Positions 17,908 to 29,242 of a stretch of 64,000 nt of DNA are shown piece by piece (position 1 is the first letter of the stretch; each line of letters begins with the position of its first letter). The DNA is taken from positions 42,883 through 106,882 of the forward strand of contig DAIQOK010000007.1 in NCBI GenBank assembly GCA_036787895.1, written 5' to 3'. This stretch comes from Bacteroidota bacterium. GTDB lineage: Bacteria; Bacteroidota; Bacteroidia; UBA7662. The notes beneath the pieces are model-generated. The model did no database searches. It saw nothing but the letters and a program-made list of their open reading frames with translations, and had not been told where the DNA came from. Both the position numbers and the translations under genes were made by a program.

Positions 17908-19319
17908 AAAAAGCCCGCTATAAAAATGAGCCGCATGCTGCGGTCAGCATCATCGATACGGCCAGCGACGGCTTTGGCATCGCCCGTCTAGGTGAGAAAG
18001 TGGTGTTTGTGGAACAGACCATACCCGGCGATGTGGCCGATATTGTCATCTATCAAGACAAAAAGAAATTTGGTCAGGCCCGGTTGAGTAAGCTGGTAGA
18101 ACCCTCGCCTTACCGTGTCGAACCCGTTTGTGACCATTTTGGTGTTTGTGGCGGCTGTAAGTGGCAGATGATGGACTACAATGCCCAACTGATCTTCAAA
18201 GAAAAGCAGGTTTTTGATGCCTTAACCCGCATTGGTCACCTTGAAATAACGAGTCGCACGCCCATCATCGGCGCTGAAAAAACCATGGAATTCCGCAACA
18301 AACTGGAGTTCACCTTTACGCATAACCGTTGGCTTACTGCCGCTGAAATTGCCGATCCGGCGGTTGAAAAACCACTTCCCGGGCTCGGTTTCCATCTTCC
18401 CGGTCGCTTCGACCGTATTTTGCAGGTAGATCAATGCCATTTGATGGACAACCGCATGAATGAAGTGCGGAACAGCCTCTATCAACTTGTCCAGGAACAT
18501 AAAATTCCCTGCTACGACATCCGTGGGCACCATGGTTTTCTGCGCACGCTGACCATTCGTAATACCAGCCTCGACCAATGGATGGTATTGGTAATGTTTG
18601 GTCAGCCAAACGATGTTTTTATACCTATGGTGATGAACCACCTGCAGGCCGAATTTCCGTGGATTACGAGTCTGTTGTACGTCATCAACGAAAAAGCCAA
18701 CGAAACCCTCGACGGACAAACCGTACTCACCTGGAGCGGCGAATCACAAATTGTGGAACGTTTTGAAGACATCGAATACATCATCTCGCCCAAGTCCTTT
18801 TTCCAGACCAATAGCGACCAGGCGTTAAAACTGTACCAGCTCACGCGCGAAATGGCCGGATTAACGGGCAAAGAAAATGTCTACGACCTCTATACCGGCA
18901 CCGGCTCTATCGCCCTTTTTGTGGCCAAACATGCCGCCAAAGTAGTAGGCGTTGAGTATGTGGAAGATGCAGTGGTGGATGCCCGTAGAAATGCCGAACG
19001 TAACGGCATCACGAACACCAGCTTTTTCGCCGGCGACATGAAAGACCTGCTCAACGACGAATTTATAGCTATACATGGAAAACCCGACGTCGTCATCACC
19101 GACCCGCCCCGGGCCGGCATGCATCCCGATGTGGTGGCCATGTTGAATCGTTTAGGCGCCCCGCGTATCGTTTATGTGAGTTGTAACCCGGCTACCCAGG
19201 CCCGCGACCTCGACTTGATGCGCGAGCATTACCGCCTGGTAAAATACCAACCCGTGGATATGTTCCCGCAGACCGCCCATGTGGAGAATATAGCCTTGTT
19301 GGAACGTATCGTTGGATAA
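17904..19319 (+). CDS. rlmD: 23S rRNA (uracil-5-)-methyltransferase RlmD/RumA-type (TRAM + Fe-S + SAM-MTase)
   Basis: An N-terminal TRAM-like region is followed by the Fe-S motif CDHFGVCGGCKWQ and the C-terminal methyltransferase motifs DLYTGTGSIALF and DPPRAG. Confidence 0.85.
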   Translation: MKKARYKNEPHAAVSIIDTASDGFGIARLGEKVVFVEQTIPGDVADIVIYQDKKKFGQARLSKLVEPSPYRVEPVCDHFGVCGGCKWQMMDYNAQLIFKEKQVFDALTRIGHLEITSRTPIIGAEKTMEFRNKLEFTFTHNRWLTAAEIADPAVEKPLPGLGFHLPGRFDRILQVDQCHLMDNRMNEVRNSLYQLVQEHKIPCYDIRGHHGFLRTLTIRNTSLDQWMVLVMFGQPNDVFIPMVMNHLQAEFPWITSLLYVINEKANETLDGQTVLTWSGESQIVERFEDIEYIISPKSFFQTNSDQALKLYQLTREMAGLTGKENVYDLYTGTGSIALFVAKHAAKVVGVEYVEDAVVDARRNAERNGITNTSFFAGDMKDLLNDEFIAIHGKPDVVITDPPRAGMHPDVVAMLNRLGAPRIVYVSCNPATQARDLDLMREHYRLVKYQPVDMFPQTAHVENIALLERIVG

Positions 19320-19716
19320 TGCCGTTGAATTAGCTGTCATGGAAGAAAAAAATCCACTTTTTGAGTCCCTTCGCAACGATTTGCGCTATTATTCCGACTA
19401 CCTCCAGGGTCTCTCCCGAGAGATACTCGACAGTGGCACCAGCAAATACCCCGTTTTTGTGGCCCACCAGGAAAAAACCATAGGTGTGGGTAAACCCATC
19501 ATGAACCACGACCAGCTCGAAACCAGCTGGAGCATCAATGTAAGTTTGTTAGAGGAATTTGTGAAGCGCGGTATCGTACAAATGGACCGCATCAGCGACT
19601 TTAAAGCCAGCTGGAAAGACCCGGAAAGTTATATGTGTGTGTTTATGGTTGCCGGCGAAGCGAGTTCTTTTGTTTTTCTGCCTTATGACATTGTTGAAAA
19701 TACAGACGACGAATAA
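19312..19716 (+). CDS. Hypothetical protein
   Basis: The 134-aa ORF overlaps the rlmD stop. I recognise no motifs. An alternative start is at MEEKNPLF (19339). Confidence 0.4.
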   Translation: MDNAVELAVMEEKNPLFESLRNDLRYYSDYLQGLSREILDSGTSKYPVFVAHQEKTIGVGKPIMNHDQLETSWSINVSLLEEFVKRGIVQMDRISDFKASWKDPESYMCVFMVAGEASSFVFLPYDIVENTDDE

Positions 19717-19904
19717 TTCATGCTTCAACCAGCAAGTATTTTATGAAAGTTTAGTTAATATCCTTAACTATAACAAATTATACTTTTAGCCTGTTTTATA
19801 CCATTCCGGTAATTCCTTCTTATTTGTAGCATTTCCATTCACTTGTTAATCGAAATCATTTTAACCATCAATTGAAGCAATAATTGAGACTTTAAATAAC
19901 ATTA

Positions 19905-19939
19905 AAAAAGGGCGCTTCGAATGAAGCGCCCTTTTTAAT
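19905..19939. terminator. Bidirectional rho-independent terminator between convergent genes
   Basis: aaaaagggcgcttcgaatgaagcgccctttttaat forms a perfect GC-rich stem flanked by A-run and T-run. Confidence 0.8.
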
Positions 19940-19956
19940 CACAGCAAGCTTTAAGC

Positions 19957-22900
19957 TTATTCTGATTTAACGAACTTACCAAAGGAGAGTTTCGATTGCA
20001 TTTCCAAGCGATAACTATATGCACCGGAAGCAAAACCTTCAATGTTTACATCAATTCGGCTTAAACCTGCATCAACCTGAATTGTTTTAACTTTTCTTCC
20101 CATAGCATCGAAAATATCCAAAGTCGCACCCTTTTCAACTTGCTCATTTATTTCAATAGAAATTTGGTTGGTTGCTGGGTTTGGATATAATACGCTATTG
20201 ATTAGTCCTAAGTTCTGAGTGCTCGTGGTATTTGAAATAGTCACACAGCTCGTGTCATTAGCGCGGTTATTATCTCCTGGCATGAGTGTGAAAGCACAGA
20301 GCTCAAAAGTCATACCCTGGGTCGGGTTCCATTGCTCTGAAAAGCTGTGTTGAAGTGAATCACCAGCTGCAATGCTTGCCAATATGGTATTGGTACGGAT
20401 AAAGTTGCCCGGCATTACGCGATAACTTACATCAAAACCAGTTGCCGGAATCTGACCAAAATTACGAATCATGACAGTCACCGTTTGTGGCGAATTAACT
20501 ATAGCTCCATTAGCAGGTGACACTATGCGATAAACACCTACGTCTGGCAACTGTTGGTTAACAAAAACGGTTACAGTATCACGTTTCACACAATTGCCAT
20601 CGCTGTAGGTAGCCACATAGGTTGTAGTGACTGTTGGGCGCACGACAAATTGACGTCCTTGACCGAGATATACGCCCGCTAAGGTACTCCAGCCGACTGT
20701 ATCATTGCTAATTAGAGTATAACCTCTATTCAAATAACCAATGCTCGAAACAGTATCTGCGGAGTTCAAGCTCCAGTCGTTGGCACTATTGGTGTCGAAA
20801 ATTGTCTTGCGGAACAAACCAACTACTGATGCACTTCCTGAAATATTACTATTACTTGGCCATTCTGAAGCCGGAACTCCAAATGATGAAGGAAAATCTG
20901 CAGAATTATATCTTACCGCATCAATTACGGTAGTTCCATTTGATTCATAGAGTACAACAGCAGCAGGACTGGTACTCGATAGCCATTCATTATTATCGGC
21001 ACCTCCTAAGAAGTACAGATTGTTGGCTATATCGTTGGCAGCTGTACCTGGCATAATTATCGCCACAGCACCAGGAGCCAGGACTGCTCCAGTCGGGAAG
21101 GTTAATTGATGGGTAATTGTGCCAATAGCTGCTTTAACTACCAAACCGGCAAGATTTACCGGGGATGTGCTGATATTACTAATTTCTACATAGTCGTCAT
21201 CAACACTTGTGTTTGGTAAATAAGGAGGGAAAGTCGTTTGCCTTGTAGTTGCACTTCCTCCTTTATAATACATAAACTCAGAGATCAGCAGAGCACCTTG
21301 TCCACCAGAACTACCCCCGCGAGTAGTGGTGGATAGAATAGCTGAGTCACCAACACTTATGGTTTGGTCTGGACCAGCATTTATGAACAGATAGTCATCT
21401 GCATACAATTGGACTGCTGATACTGTTGTAATACTTGTGCTGCTTACGGTTTCTACGAAATAGCGTACTGTATCTCCTGACGCTGCTGCCGGTATGGTTG
21501 CAGTATAATAATTACCCGATAAGGTCATTGGCAATGACGTGGTCGTGCCATTATTTACAGTGTATTTGAGACTAACCGTATTCAACAGAGGTACTGAAAA
21601 AATCCGGGCAGCAACTGTTTTTGCAGTTGGGCTACAAGCTGGAGTTACAGCAGTAATTGAGTCAAATCTCGCATCAGCAGGTACAAAAAACATGAGGTCA
21701 TCAACAATGTTGACAGATGGTGGTGCGCCAGCGTAATTATAGCGCACATTGGAATGAAGGGTAATTTTAACAGTGTCGCCCACAAAATCATCCAAATCAT
21801 ATTCCAAACGCATGGTATCGGTATTACTAGCCGCCGAAACCGCTATAAAATCTGTAGTGGTTCGGCCCATTGCAGCCAAAGGCTGGCCATTAACCAGTAC
21901 TCTAAAATGCGTGCTGTTTGCAGCCCGGTACAATTGCAGCAATTTAAAGCTCAATTTAAGGCGCTGAATTTGAGACGCATCAACGTAATAGTCGACATAT
22001 GTCTGAAAAGCTGGATTTAAAGTGTGCCAGTTTGTATTGTTCGCAGTAACCCAAGGGGTTCCGGATGCATTGCCAGAAAGTACTAAGCTATGCGTTCCAG
22101 AAATATTCAGACTAGTACTGCCGCCTGTTGCGAGAACTTCAGCATTTGAGTTAGCGCCATTAACAACACATAATGAAGCTGGAAGCACGCCTGAATCGAA
22201 ATTATCTGTATGAGGAACGCTTAATACAGTGCTTACGCCAATATTGTATTGTACAGTTACAGTGTCATTAGCAGTATTAACATCGCCTGATTTACCGGCC
22301 CATACACGAAGCGTATTCACACCTGAAAGCAGTTGAACTTGCTGACGAAAAACATAGGTAACTACTTGAGCACTTGAGAGGCTGGTAAAGACAGTATCCG
22401 TGACAACCGGTCCGTTGTTGTGCTGATAAAACACTATAGTGCTATCCAGGTTTAAAGTACCGGCATTTACTACTTCAATTGAAACGGCAGATAAAAGATT
22501 CGTCAAACACACCACTCCCGGAGCATATATATTACCACCTGATATGATAGATGCGCTGTTTATTGCAGCATCAACACCAGCAGGAACAAATTCCAAGGCG
22601 CCCATATCCGGAGAAGCCGATCTATTCTGGCCATTCAAATCCTGTGTAACGAACGCGAGTAAATTTGCTCCGGAATTATTCAAAAATACATTTGAAGGCG
22701 TAAAATTATCTGCTGGCAAATTAATAAAATCAGGATTTACTGCCACACTGTTAGAGTCATAAGGCGTTCCAACACCCCCTGCTGCTTTCCAGTCGGCCAT
22801 TGTAGTCCTGGCACTGCTTCGGTAACCAATATGTGCAAGACCCGTAGATCCTGGAGGGGTTTGAATCCAAAATGCATTGTGATCTGTTTCCAATTGAGTT

Positions 22901-25900
22901 GCAGCTGTACTCTGATATATACCATATTTCAAGCCTGATCCAGCACGATTAATATAAAATATATTGTTTTTAAGCTGAATTCCCGGAACACTTGTTGTTT
23001 GATAAAACCCATAGCTGGCACCCGATGTAGACGCCGGATTATCAATAATCACTGTATTGTGGTAATAATAATTAAATCCGCTACCTGAATTGTAAAAACC
23101 ATACATAGAACCTGTGCCACCATTAGCCAAACGATAAATAGCATTATTAGAAATAATATTAGGATTAGCAGCTGTTGCAGTAGCACTAGATGAATAAACA
23201 CCATAGAAATTCAGTGAAGTTGAAGTTGCTATGCCATGGGCATTATAAATTCGGTTCCTGTCTACGCGTGTTCCAACAGTTCCTGTTCCGAGATATACAC
23301 CGTACAACGCCCCCAATGCTGTTCGGCTGGGGCGGGTAATCTCGTTACCTACTATTTCACAATCAACTGCCTGTAATAAATAAATCGCATAGGTGTAGCT
23401 ATCCTCTACCTGGTTACCAACGATTTGATTACTGATATTACTACCAGGTACTGCTGCACCATTCAAACGAATACCAAAATAAGCTCCGGATACAAAATTG
23501 GAATCAATTCGATTATAATTAGCATTCGTAGCGCTTGTTACAGAATTCACACCACCCGAAGAGGCAATACCCGCAAGCGTAGCGGCTGTTACAGTACGGT
23601 CCATCAATACCCTGTTTTTGGTAATTCTATTGAAAGAAGCATTATCGGTTAACAATATACCGCTGGTATTGGCACCTGAAATCGAACGCATATCAACCAC
23701 AAAGCCGTCGATAGTTGCATGATTCGTCCCTAAGAGTACTATCGCAGGTGTGTTGGTAGTAGCTGCCGGTGTAAAAGCAATGGTATCACCATTTCCGACA
23801 TAATGAATCGTATTGTGAGGACTTGTATTTACAATACTCGGCACAACAAACTGCCCGGCAAATTTATTACCAGGAAATTCAACTTGAATAGTTACCGGAC
23901 CATTCACGATACCGCCACATGTCAATACCGCATTTAAATCGGTTAGAGTTTGAAAATTAGACGTCGGCGAGCCCAAGGTATAGGTTCCTGCACCCAGACC
24001 TACACATAAATTAATATTTAAGGTATCGTTAGTAAAATCTTCATCGATGCCGCCATTTGGAGAAGACACCCAAATTCTGAGGACTTCTGAACCAGCCGCT
24101 TGTAAGTTGACAGGTGTTGAGAAAACTATATAAGCGGTATCGCCAAAAGGTATAGTCTGATTAAATAACTGACTAACTACTGTGCCATTTCCTAACTGAT
24201 AACTTGCAGTGAAGCTATTTACGGTAACTGTACCCAGGTTTTTAATGAAGGCCGACACTGTATCTATAGCTCCACCAAGTACAGAGGTTGATGGACGATC
24301 GGAGGCTAATGCAAACAAATTAAGTGCTAAGGTAAAATTCTCATAAGCACCAATATCCGGACTGCTTGAACTTCTGTTATTGCCTAGAACATCCGTAGTA
24401 ATGTTTGCCAAAGGTGTAGCAGCACCAATATTAGGCGAAAAAGGCAAAATATCGAGATTTGAGCTGCTAATGTACTGCGGATCAGCAAAAATTGAATTTA
24501 CATCCTTTGTTGTAGCCGTTTGCCATGCTGCTAAGTTAAGGTACTCAGTAGTACCAATACGCACTAATGGCCCGGCTTGATTGGCATGAAAGAGGTTATT
24601 GTAATTGCTTTCAAGGACATTCGTAATGCTTTCATTCACAAAGTATAGTGAAGTATATACCAGAGAAGAGCCATTCATTACGGTTTTAACAGAGTTGTTT
24701 CGGAATTTAACCCCGTTATAAGCTGGAGAAGCAACTGTACCACCCAGAAAATGTACTGTTCCTGCTACGGTACCTGAAGTGTGATTCGAGATCATCTCCA
24801 GGGAATTGTGATCTATTTCGAGATAATCCAAACCATCGGAAGTATTGCCAGTTACACTAATTAAACGTCGTGTGGTTCCGGCTAATTCACCACTGATAAC
24901 GTTATTATATATTCTATTGGGAGCAGTAGCACTTCCGCTGATATTACTCAGAAAAAACCCATAATTTCCTGTTAAACCAGTCATGCGGTTTCCTTCAATC
25001 GTCGTGTTTTCTGCACGTAAAAGATAAAGGCCCTGTCCGGCAGTTGATGCCCCAGACACACCAGTTACCACATTCTGACTAATCAAAGCAAAACTCTCAC
25101 TTTGTAAGTACAAAGGCGTATGGTATATACGACTAAAATTGTTCAGTATATATTGATTAGCATTACTATAATTTGGCGTTCCGCCGTTGTTAGAAATACC
25201 GTAGTACAAATCACTAAAGTTATTTCCAATTATTGTTGATTGAGAACTTGCTACCAATACCAAAGCAAGGTTATTTGCAGAAGTAGTGGAATCAATATTA
25301 TACCCTTCAAATGTGCAAGAGGTGACTGTCAATGCCGTACTTCCGGAGGTAGAAATCATCGCTGAACCTGCAGCTGGCGGACTATCATTTTTAAACTTAA
25401 GATTGGCAAAGGTGATGTATGAAGAGCCATTCAGCGTAAAAGTTGAGCCGGTACCGCCATTGGTTAATATTACATCGGCGGAGTTTCCTGTGGCAGAAGT
25501 AAAAGTTAGTGTGGAATTTGTACCATTCGGGAATTGTCCAAAAGTTGCATTCAATACATAAGTACCCGGATGGAAATTGATGGTTACAGGCCCGGAAATT
25601 CCGCCACAATTCAACTGATTTTCAAATTCTGCAAAACTGGCAAAACTAGGTGAGGTTCCTCCAATACTATAGGTGCCCGCTGCAATGGTGAAACAAAGAT
25701 TGGCGAGTATGGTATCATTGGAGAGATTACCATCTGATAAACCGTTTGGATTACTGCCCCAAACCTTTAATACTAGCGGACCACTGCTAGGTAAGACAAG
25801 AGGAGTGCTAAAAGTAAAGGTTGTACTTTGTTGAAAAGGCAATGATCCTGTGAAAGTTTCACTAACAATTGGGCCATTGTTGAATTGATAACTTAAAGCG

Positions 25901-28344
25901 GCACTGGTGAGTAAAGTCGTACCTCCGTTCGCAATTTCAACCGATACAGGCACGGTTGAACCTGCTGCAACTGCTAAAGTAGGTGAAACTAGGGAACTTA
26001 GGACAAGATCTCTGGATGGAATTACCAGTTCAATCGCGCCTATATCCGGGTTAGACAAATCTCGTTGCGTTCCATTGATATCGGTGGTAACATAAGGAAC
26101 GGGAATTGCGGCAGCATTCAACTGCCCCGTTATAGCTGGTGTCAAATCGGTAGTAGAACTATAGCCCGGATCAGATAATAACGAATTGGCTTCTTGCGAA
26201 CTTGCCGTTTGGTAGCTTAACAAATCAGGATATGCTGTTGTTGCAACCCTAAACAACGGATTGTTGCCTTGATTCACATAAAACCAGTTATTATTTGAGG
26301 AGGTTAGGGTGGTCAAATGGTATGCCCCCACCAGATATAATGCCGGACGGACCGCTGTTGATGAACCGGGAAGTGCTTCTATTTGTACACTGTTATTTAT
26401 TATTCTCAACATATGAAATGCTGGAGCGGTGGACGAGCCGCCGGTAATATTAATAGCTCCAGCCACGGTTGTAGCCGCAGTTGAATAGCGGAGGTAAATT
26501 GAGTTGTGTACAATATCTACTGTATCAATTACATCCGTTGTGCTTCCAGAAATAGATATTGCCCTGGAGACGCCAGTGGCTGATTCAAAAGAGAGAACGT
26601 TGTTGTAGATATTTCCTGAGTTGACATTGGTGAAATCAATCCCATAAGCTCCAATACTGTTCATCAACCTATTATTCCTTACCGATGCCATTAGCGCACG
26701 GTTGATATATATGCCATAACTGGATGCATTGGTAGCAAATGGATTCGAAATAAAATTCGAATCTACAATAGCTCCCTGCGTACCGGCTAAATAAATACCA
26801 TAGTAATAGAAGTCAGTAATTGTGTTCCCTTTTACAAAAGGGTCCATCATATAAGCAGCACCTGCTGAGGTTGAACCCACTAAATAAATTCCATAATACC
26901 CTCCTTTTATGGTAGAGTTAATGACCTTTAACTCATGTGTTGGACTTGCCGCATATATATTTCTATTGTTAGAGCTTGTGGTTGCAGCTCCATCCGGTGC
27001 TTCAAGATAACAGTTCTCAATGCGAACATTGGTAACTGCAGAAGTATTTATATTCGCAGCAGCTGCCGTTGGCACAACAGTGCTGACTACACTAATATTT
27101 CGAATTATTATGTGGTTAACACCAGCCAGCGAAAGAATATTTCCAGTCGTACCTGGTCGCGTAAACACAACGTCGTTCCTATTACCAGTGGAAGAAGTAA
27201 TAGTAAGCGTATTCAATGCGCTTGTATTCGGCACACTTGATATATTAAAATTGCCGGAATAAGTGCCAGGTGCCAGCGATAGCGTGGTTGGCCCTGCAAG
27301 ACCAACGCAAGCAAGTCGATTAATGGCGTCCTGAAAATTAGTAAAGTTGGTCGGCGAAGCAGGAAGCGCTGCATTTACTGTATAAGTACCAGACAAAGGC
27401 TGCAGAGCATTTACCCTTACACCCGCCGAATAGCCTGTAGCCGAAGAACAGCTAACCTCACAACGATAGTACATTTGTAAGGCCGTTTGAGTAAGAGAAA
27501 CACCCGCGCTGGTTGCACCAGTTATATTAGTCCAGCTAATGCTGTCTGGAGAAGATTGCCACTGAAAAGTTTGACCCAAGCCGAACTGAAGCCCGCTTAA
27601 AGACAAATTAAAGGAAGAGCCTGTACACAATTCGGTATTGCTTGCCACAGCAGTACCAACATTTGTGGTTGCGATACAAGGATCACTCGTATAGTAAATT
27701 CGAATATTCGGTCTTCTTCTGTATTGATTGGTTAGTGTACCATTTAGCACCGCAGGGATAGAGGTGCTAATTGCACCTGCGATGTGGGTATTGAAACCAT
27801 CGGTAAATTGCCAAAGAACAGGATTTGCAGAATTTGGATTTGAGCCCGATACTGCCAAATCGTGTTCATTGGCAAATGAGAGTACATTTCCCGTGTATAA
27901 AAATGGAGTTTGCAAGTTAAATATAATCCATCCCGGACTGGAGGGTGGCAAATAGTTTGAATCACTAAAAACCTTAGTATGAGAAGATTCAATACTCGCC
28001 CAGGTAATAGTATTCGGCAATGGGAGCGTTGGAGTTACGCTTTCATTCTTCATCCAAAAGGACAAATAAATACCAGTATTACTAAAATCGTCTGTCGAAA
28101 CTTTATTAAATGCAACACCTGTAATAAGGGCGTTCGGCGGCAGACCAGCCTGTGTAAGTTCAGCCTGTGTCAAAATAAAATTGCCCCTGCCGTATCGATT
28201 CGCATTATTCCCTGACAGTCTTAAAAAAGGACTGTATCCAGAATTTGTAGCAGTATCAGTACTTGGGGCAAAAGTCACAAAAGACTGTGCTTCTGAACTC
28301 AAATAAGCGCTCAACATACCGAGCAGAATAATAAGTTTCTTCAT
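19957..28344 (-). CDS. Giant (2795 aa) secreted right-handed beta-helix repeat / lamin-tail-domain protein with T9SS C-terminal sorting domain (putative adhesin)
   Basis: A signal peptide MKKLIILLGMLSAYLSSEAQ opens the protein. There are many NxxIxNN-type parallel beta-helix repeats and an LTD-like segment (GALLISEFMYYKGG). The C-terminal T9SS domain (LYPNPATNQISIEINEQ ... SGAYSYRLEM) is clear. Confidence 0.8.
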   Translation of the reverse strand: MKKLIILLGMLSAYLSSEAQSFVTFAPSTDTATNSGYSPFLRLSGNNANRYGRGNFILTQAELTQAGLPPNALITGVAFNKVSTDDFSNTGIYLSFWMKNESVTPTLPLPNTITWASIESSHTKVFSDSNYLPPSSPGWIIFNLQTPFLYTGNVLSFANEHDLAVSGSNPNSANPVLWQFTDGFNTHIAGAISTSIPAVLNGTLTNQYRRRPNIRIYYTSDPCIATTNVGTAVASNTELCTGSSFNLSLSGLQFGLGQTFQWQSSPDSISWTNITGATSAGVSLTQTALQMYYRCEVSCSSATGYSAGVRVNALQPLSGTYTVNAALPASPTNFTNFQDAINRLACVGLAGPTTLSLAPGTYSGNFNISSVPNTSALNTLTITSSTGNRNDVVFTRPGTTGNILSLAGVNHIIIRNISVVSTVVPTAAAANINTSAVTNVRIENCYLEAPDGAATTSSNNRNIYAASPTHELKVINSTIKGGYYGIYLVGSTSAGAAYMMDPFVKGNTITDFYYYGIYLAGTQGAIVDSNFISNPFATNASSYGIYINRALMASVRNNRLMNSIGAYGIDFTNVNSGNIYNNVLSFESATGVSRAISISGSTTDVIDTVDIVHNSIYLRYSTAATTVAGAINITGGSSTAPAFHMLRIINNSVQIEALPGSSTAVRPALYLVGAYHLTTLTSSNNNWFYVNQGNNPLFRVATTAYPDLLSYQTASSQEANSLLSDPGYSSTTDLTPAITGQLNAAAIPVPYVTTDINGTQRDLSNPDIGAIELVIPSRDLVLSSLVSPTLAVAAGSTVPVSVEIANGGTTLLTSAALSYQFNNGPIVSETFTGSLPFQQSTTFTFSTPLVLPSSGPLVLKVWGSNPNGLSDGNLSNDTILANLCFTIAAGTYSIGGTSPSFASFAEFENQLNCGGISGPVTINFHPGTYVLNATFGQFPNGTNSTLTFTSATGNSADVILTNGGTGSTFTLNGSSYITFANLKFKNDSPPAAGSAMISTSGSTALTVTSCTFEGYNIDSTTSANNLALVLVASSQSTIIGNNFSDLYYGISNNGGTPNYSNANQYILNNFSRIYHTPLYLQSESFALISQNVVTGVSGASTAGQGLYLLRAENTTIEGNRMTGLTGNYGFFLSNISGSATAPNRIYNNVISGELAGTTRRLISVTGNTSDGLDYLEIDHNSLEMISNHTSGTVAGTVHFLGGTVASPAYNGVKFRNNSVKTVMNGSSLVYTSLYFVNESITNVLESNYNNLFHANQAGPLVRIGTTEYLNLAAWQTATTKDVNSIFADPQYISSSNLDILPFSPNIGAATPLANITTDVLGNNRSSSSPDIGAYENFTLALNLFALASDRPSTSVLGGAIDTVSAFIKNLGTVTVNSFTASYQLGNGTVVSQLFNQTIPFGDTAYIVFSTPVNLQAAGSEVLRIWVSSPNGGIDEDFTNDTLNINLCVGLGAGTYTLGSPTSNFQTLTDLNAVLTCGGIVNGPVTIQVEFPGNKFAGQFVVPSIVNTSPHNTIHYVGNGDTIAFTPAATTNTPAIVLLGTNHATIDGFVVDMRSISGANTSGILLTDNASFNRITKNRVLMDRTVTAATLAGIASSGGVNSVTSATNANYNRIDSNFVSGAYFGIRLNGAAVPGSNISNQIVGNQVEDSYTYAIYLLQAVDCEIVGNEITRPSRTALGALYGVYLGTGTVGTRVDRNRIYNAHGIATSTSLNFYGVYSSSATATAANPNIISNNAIYRLANGGTGSMYGFYNSGSGFNYYYHNTVIIDNPASTSGASYGFYQTTSVPGIQLKNNIFYINRAGSGLKYGIYQSTAATQLETDHNAFWIQTPPGSTGLAHIGYRSSARTTMADWKAAGGVGTPYDSNSVAVNPDFINLPADNFTPSNVFLNNSGANLLAFVTQDLNGQNRSASPDMGALEFVPAGVDAAINSASIISGGNIYAPGVVCLTNLLSAVSIEVVNAGTLNLDSTIVFYQHNNGPVVTDTVFTSLSSAQVVTYVFRQQVQLLSGVNTLRVWAGKSGDVNTANDTVTVQYNIGVSTVLSVPHTDNFDSGVLPASLCVVNGANSNAEVLATGGSTSLNISGTHSLVLSGNASGTPWVTANNTNWHTLNPAFQTYVDYYVDASQIQRLKLSFKLLQLYRAANSTHFRVLVNGQPLAAMGRTTTDFIAVSAASNTDTMRLEYDLDDFVGDTVKITLHSNVRYNYAGAPPSVNIVDDLMFFVPADARFDSITAVTPACSPTAKTVAARIFSVPLLNTVSLKYTVNNGTTTSLPMTLSGNYYTATIPAAASGDTVRYFVETVSSTSITTVSAVQLYADDYLFINAGPDQTISVGDSAILSTTTRGGSSGGQGALLISEFMYYKGGSATTRQTTFPPYLPNTSVDDDYVEISNISTSPVNLAGLVVKAAIGTITHQLTFPTGAVLAPGAVAIIMPGTAANDIANNLYFLGGADNNEWLSSTSPAAVVLYESNGTTVIDAVRYNSADFPSSFGVPASEWPSNSNISGSASVVGLFRKTIFDTNSANDWSLNSADTVSSIGYLNRGYTLISNDTVGWSTLAGVYLGQGRQFVVRPTVTTTYVATYSDGNCVKRDTVTVFVNQQLPDVGVYRIVSPANGAIVNSPQTVTVMIRNFGQIPATGFDVSYRVMPGNFIRTNTILASIAAGDSLQHSFSEQWNPTQGMTFELCAFTLMPGDNNRANDTSCVTISNTTSTQNLGLINSVLYPNPATNQISIEINEQVEKGATLDIFDAMGRKVKTIQVDAGLSRIDVNIEGFASGAYSYRLEMQSKLSFGKFVKSE

Positions 28345-28664
28345 AGTGTTTTAAAATTTGATGCTAAAAATATAATATTCGAACAATTTATCACATTAAC
28401 ATTCGAATAATAGGCTCAAAATTTAGCAATAACAGCCCTTACATTGTTTATTGCATAATGTATGCTGAACATACTTTTGAAGATGTGACATTCCAATGAC
28501 AGACATGCTAATGCACTGTGTAAATCTTCTGAAGGTGTGATTAGCTTGTACAAATACTCATCTTCAACCGTTTAATTCTATATTACAGTTAGATGCATTT
28601 CTTGCTGATATATTCGTGACATGCTTGGAGCATACTGGAGATTAACATAACTGCATTTTGCAAG

Positions 28665-29126
28665 ATGAAACAACTTGTCCGCAACCCCTTTATCTTCCGC
28701 CTCTTTCTCATCCGCAAACTACCGCTTGCCTGGTTGGCCGGATTAAAAGTCTTGCAATACAACGACACGGTCTGTGAAATCGGTCTGCGTTATGGCTATT
28801 GGACCCAAAACCCATTCCGAAGTATCTATTTTGCGGCCATGGCCATGGCCGCGGAGATGAGCACCGGATTACCTGCACTTTTATTATTACGTGCCAAAGG
28901 GAAACCCGCCTCCATGCTGGTAACGGGTCTGCAAGCCAGTTATGGCAAGAAGGCTGTGGGCAAAATCCGTTTTCGCTTCGAGCAAATAACCGGCATGAAA
29001 GCAGCTATCGACCAGGCGCTGCAATCAGGCGAAGGTGTGGTATTCAAAGCGGTAAGCATTGGCACCAACAGCCAGGGGGAAGAAGTTGCCCGATTTGAGA
29101 TCAGCTGGTCGTTCAAGAAAAAATAA
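28665..29126 (+). CDS. Hotdog-fold / DUF4442-like thioesterase-superfamily protein
   Basis: The 153-aa protein resembles DUF4442 / PaaI-like hotdog proteins (YWTQNPFRSIYFAAMAMAAEMSTG). This is recognition-based, at moderate confidence. Confidence 0.45.
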   Translation: MKQLVRNPFIFRLFLIRKLPLAWLAGLKVLQYNDTVCEIGLRYGYWTQNPFRSIYFAAMAMAAEMSTGLPALLLLRAKGKPASMLVTGLQASYGKKAVGKIRFRFEQITGMKAAIDQALQSGEGVVFKAVSIGTNSQGEEVARFEISWSFKKK

Positions 29127-29242
29127 TGTGCTAATGTGGCGGCAAAGCAAAGCTTCACATGAGTACATTAATATGGTCTGCCCAAACCCGGCAATATTAT
29201 TTTTAGTTAAGTAAATCCAAACGCAGAGGTGTAGACGTAGGT

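Noticed and set aside
20741-28215. Numerous 60-110-aa ORFs on the plus strand within the giant T9SS gene
   Set aside because: All are embedded antisense or out of frame within a single continuous 2795-aa ORF that has a signal peptide and a T9SS C-terminal domain. None has independent support.
28345-28664. Short inverted repeat (ttgaagatg ... catcttcaa) in the divergent promoter between the giant T9SS gene and the hotdog-fold gene
   Set aside because: It is only 9 bp and occurs in AT-rich DNA where such matches arise by chance. There is no further supporting structure.
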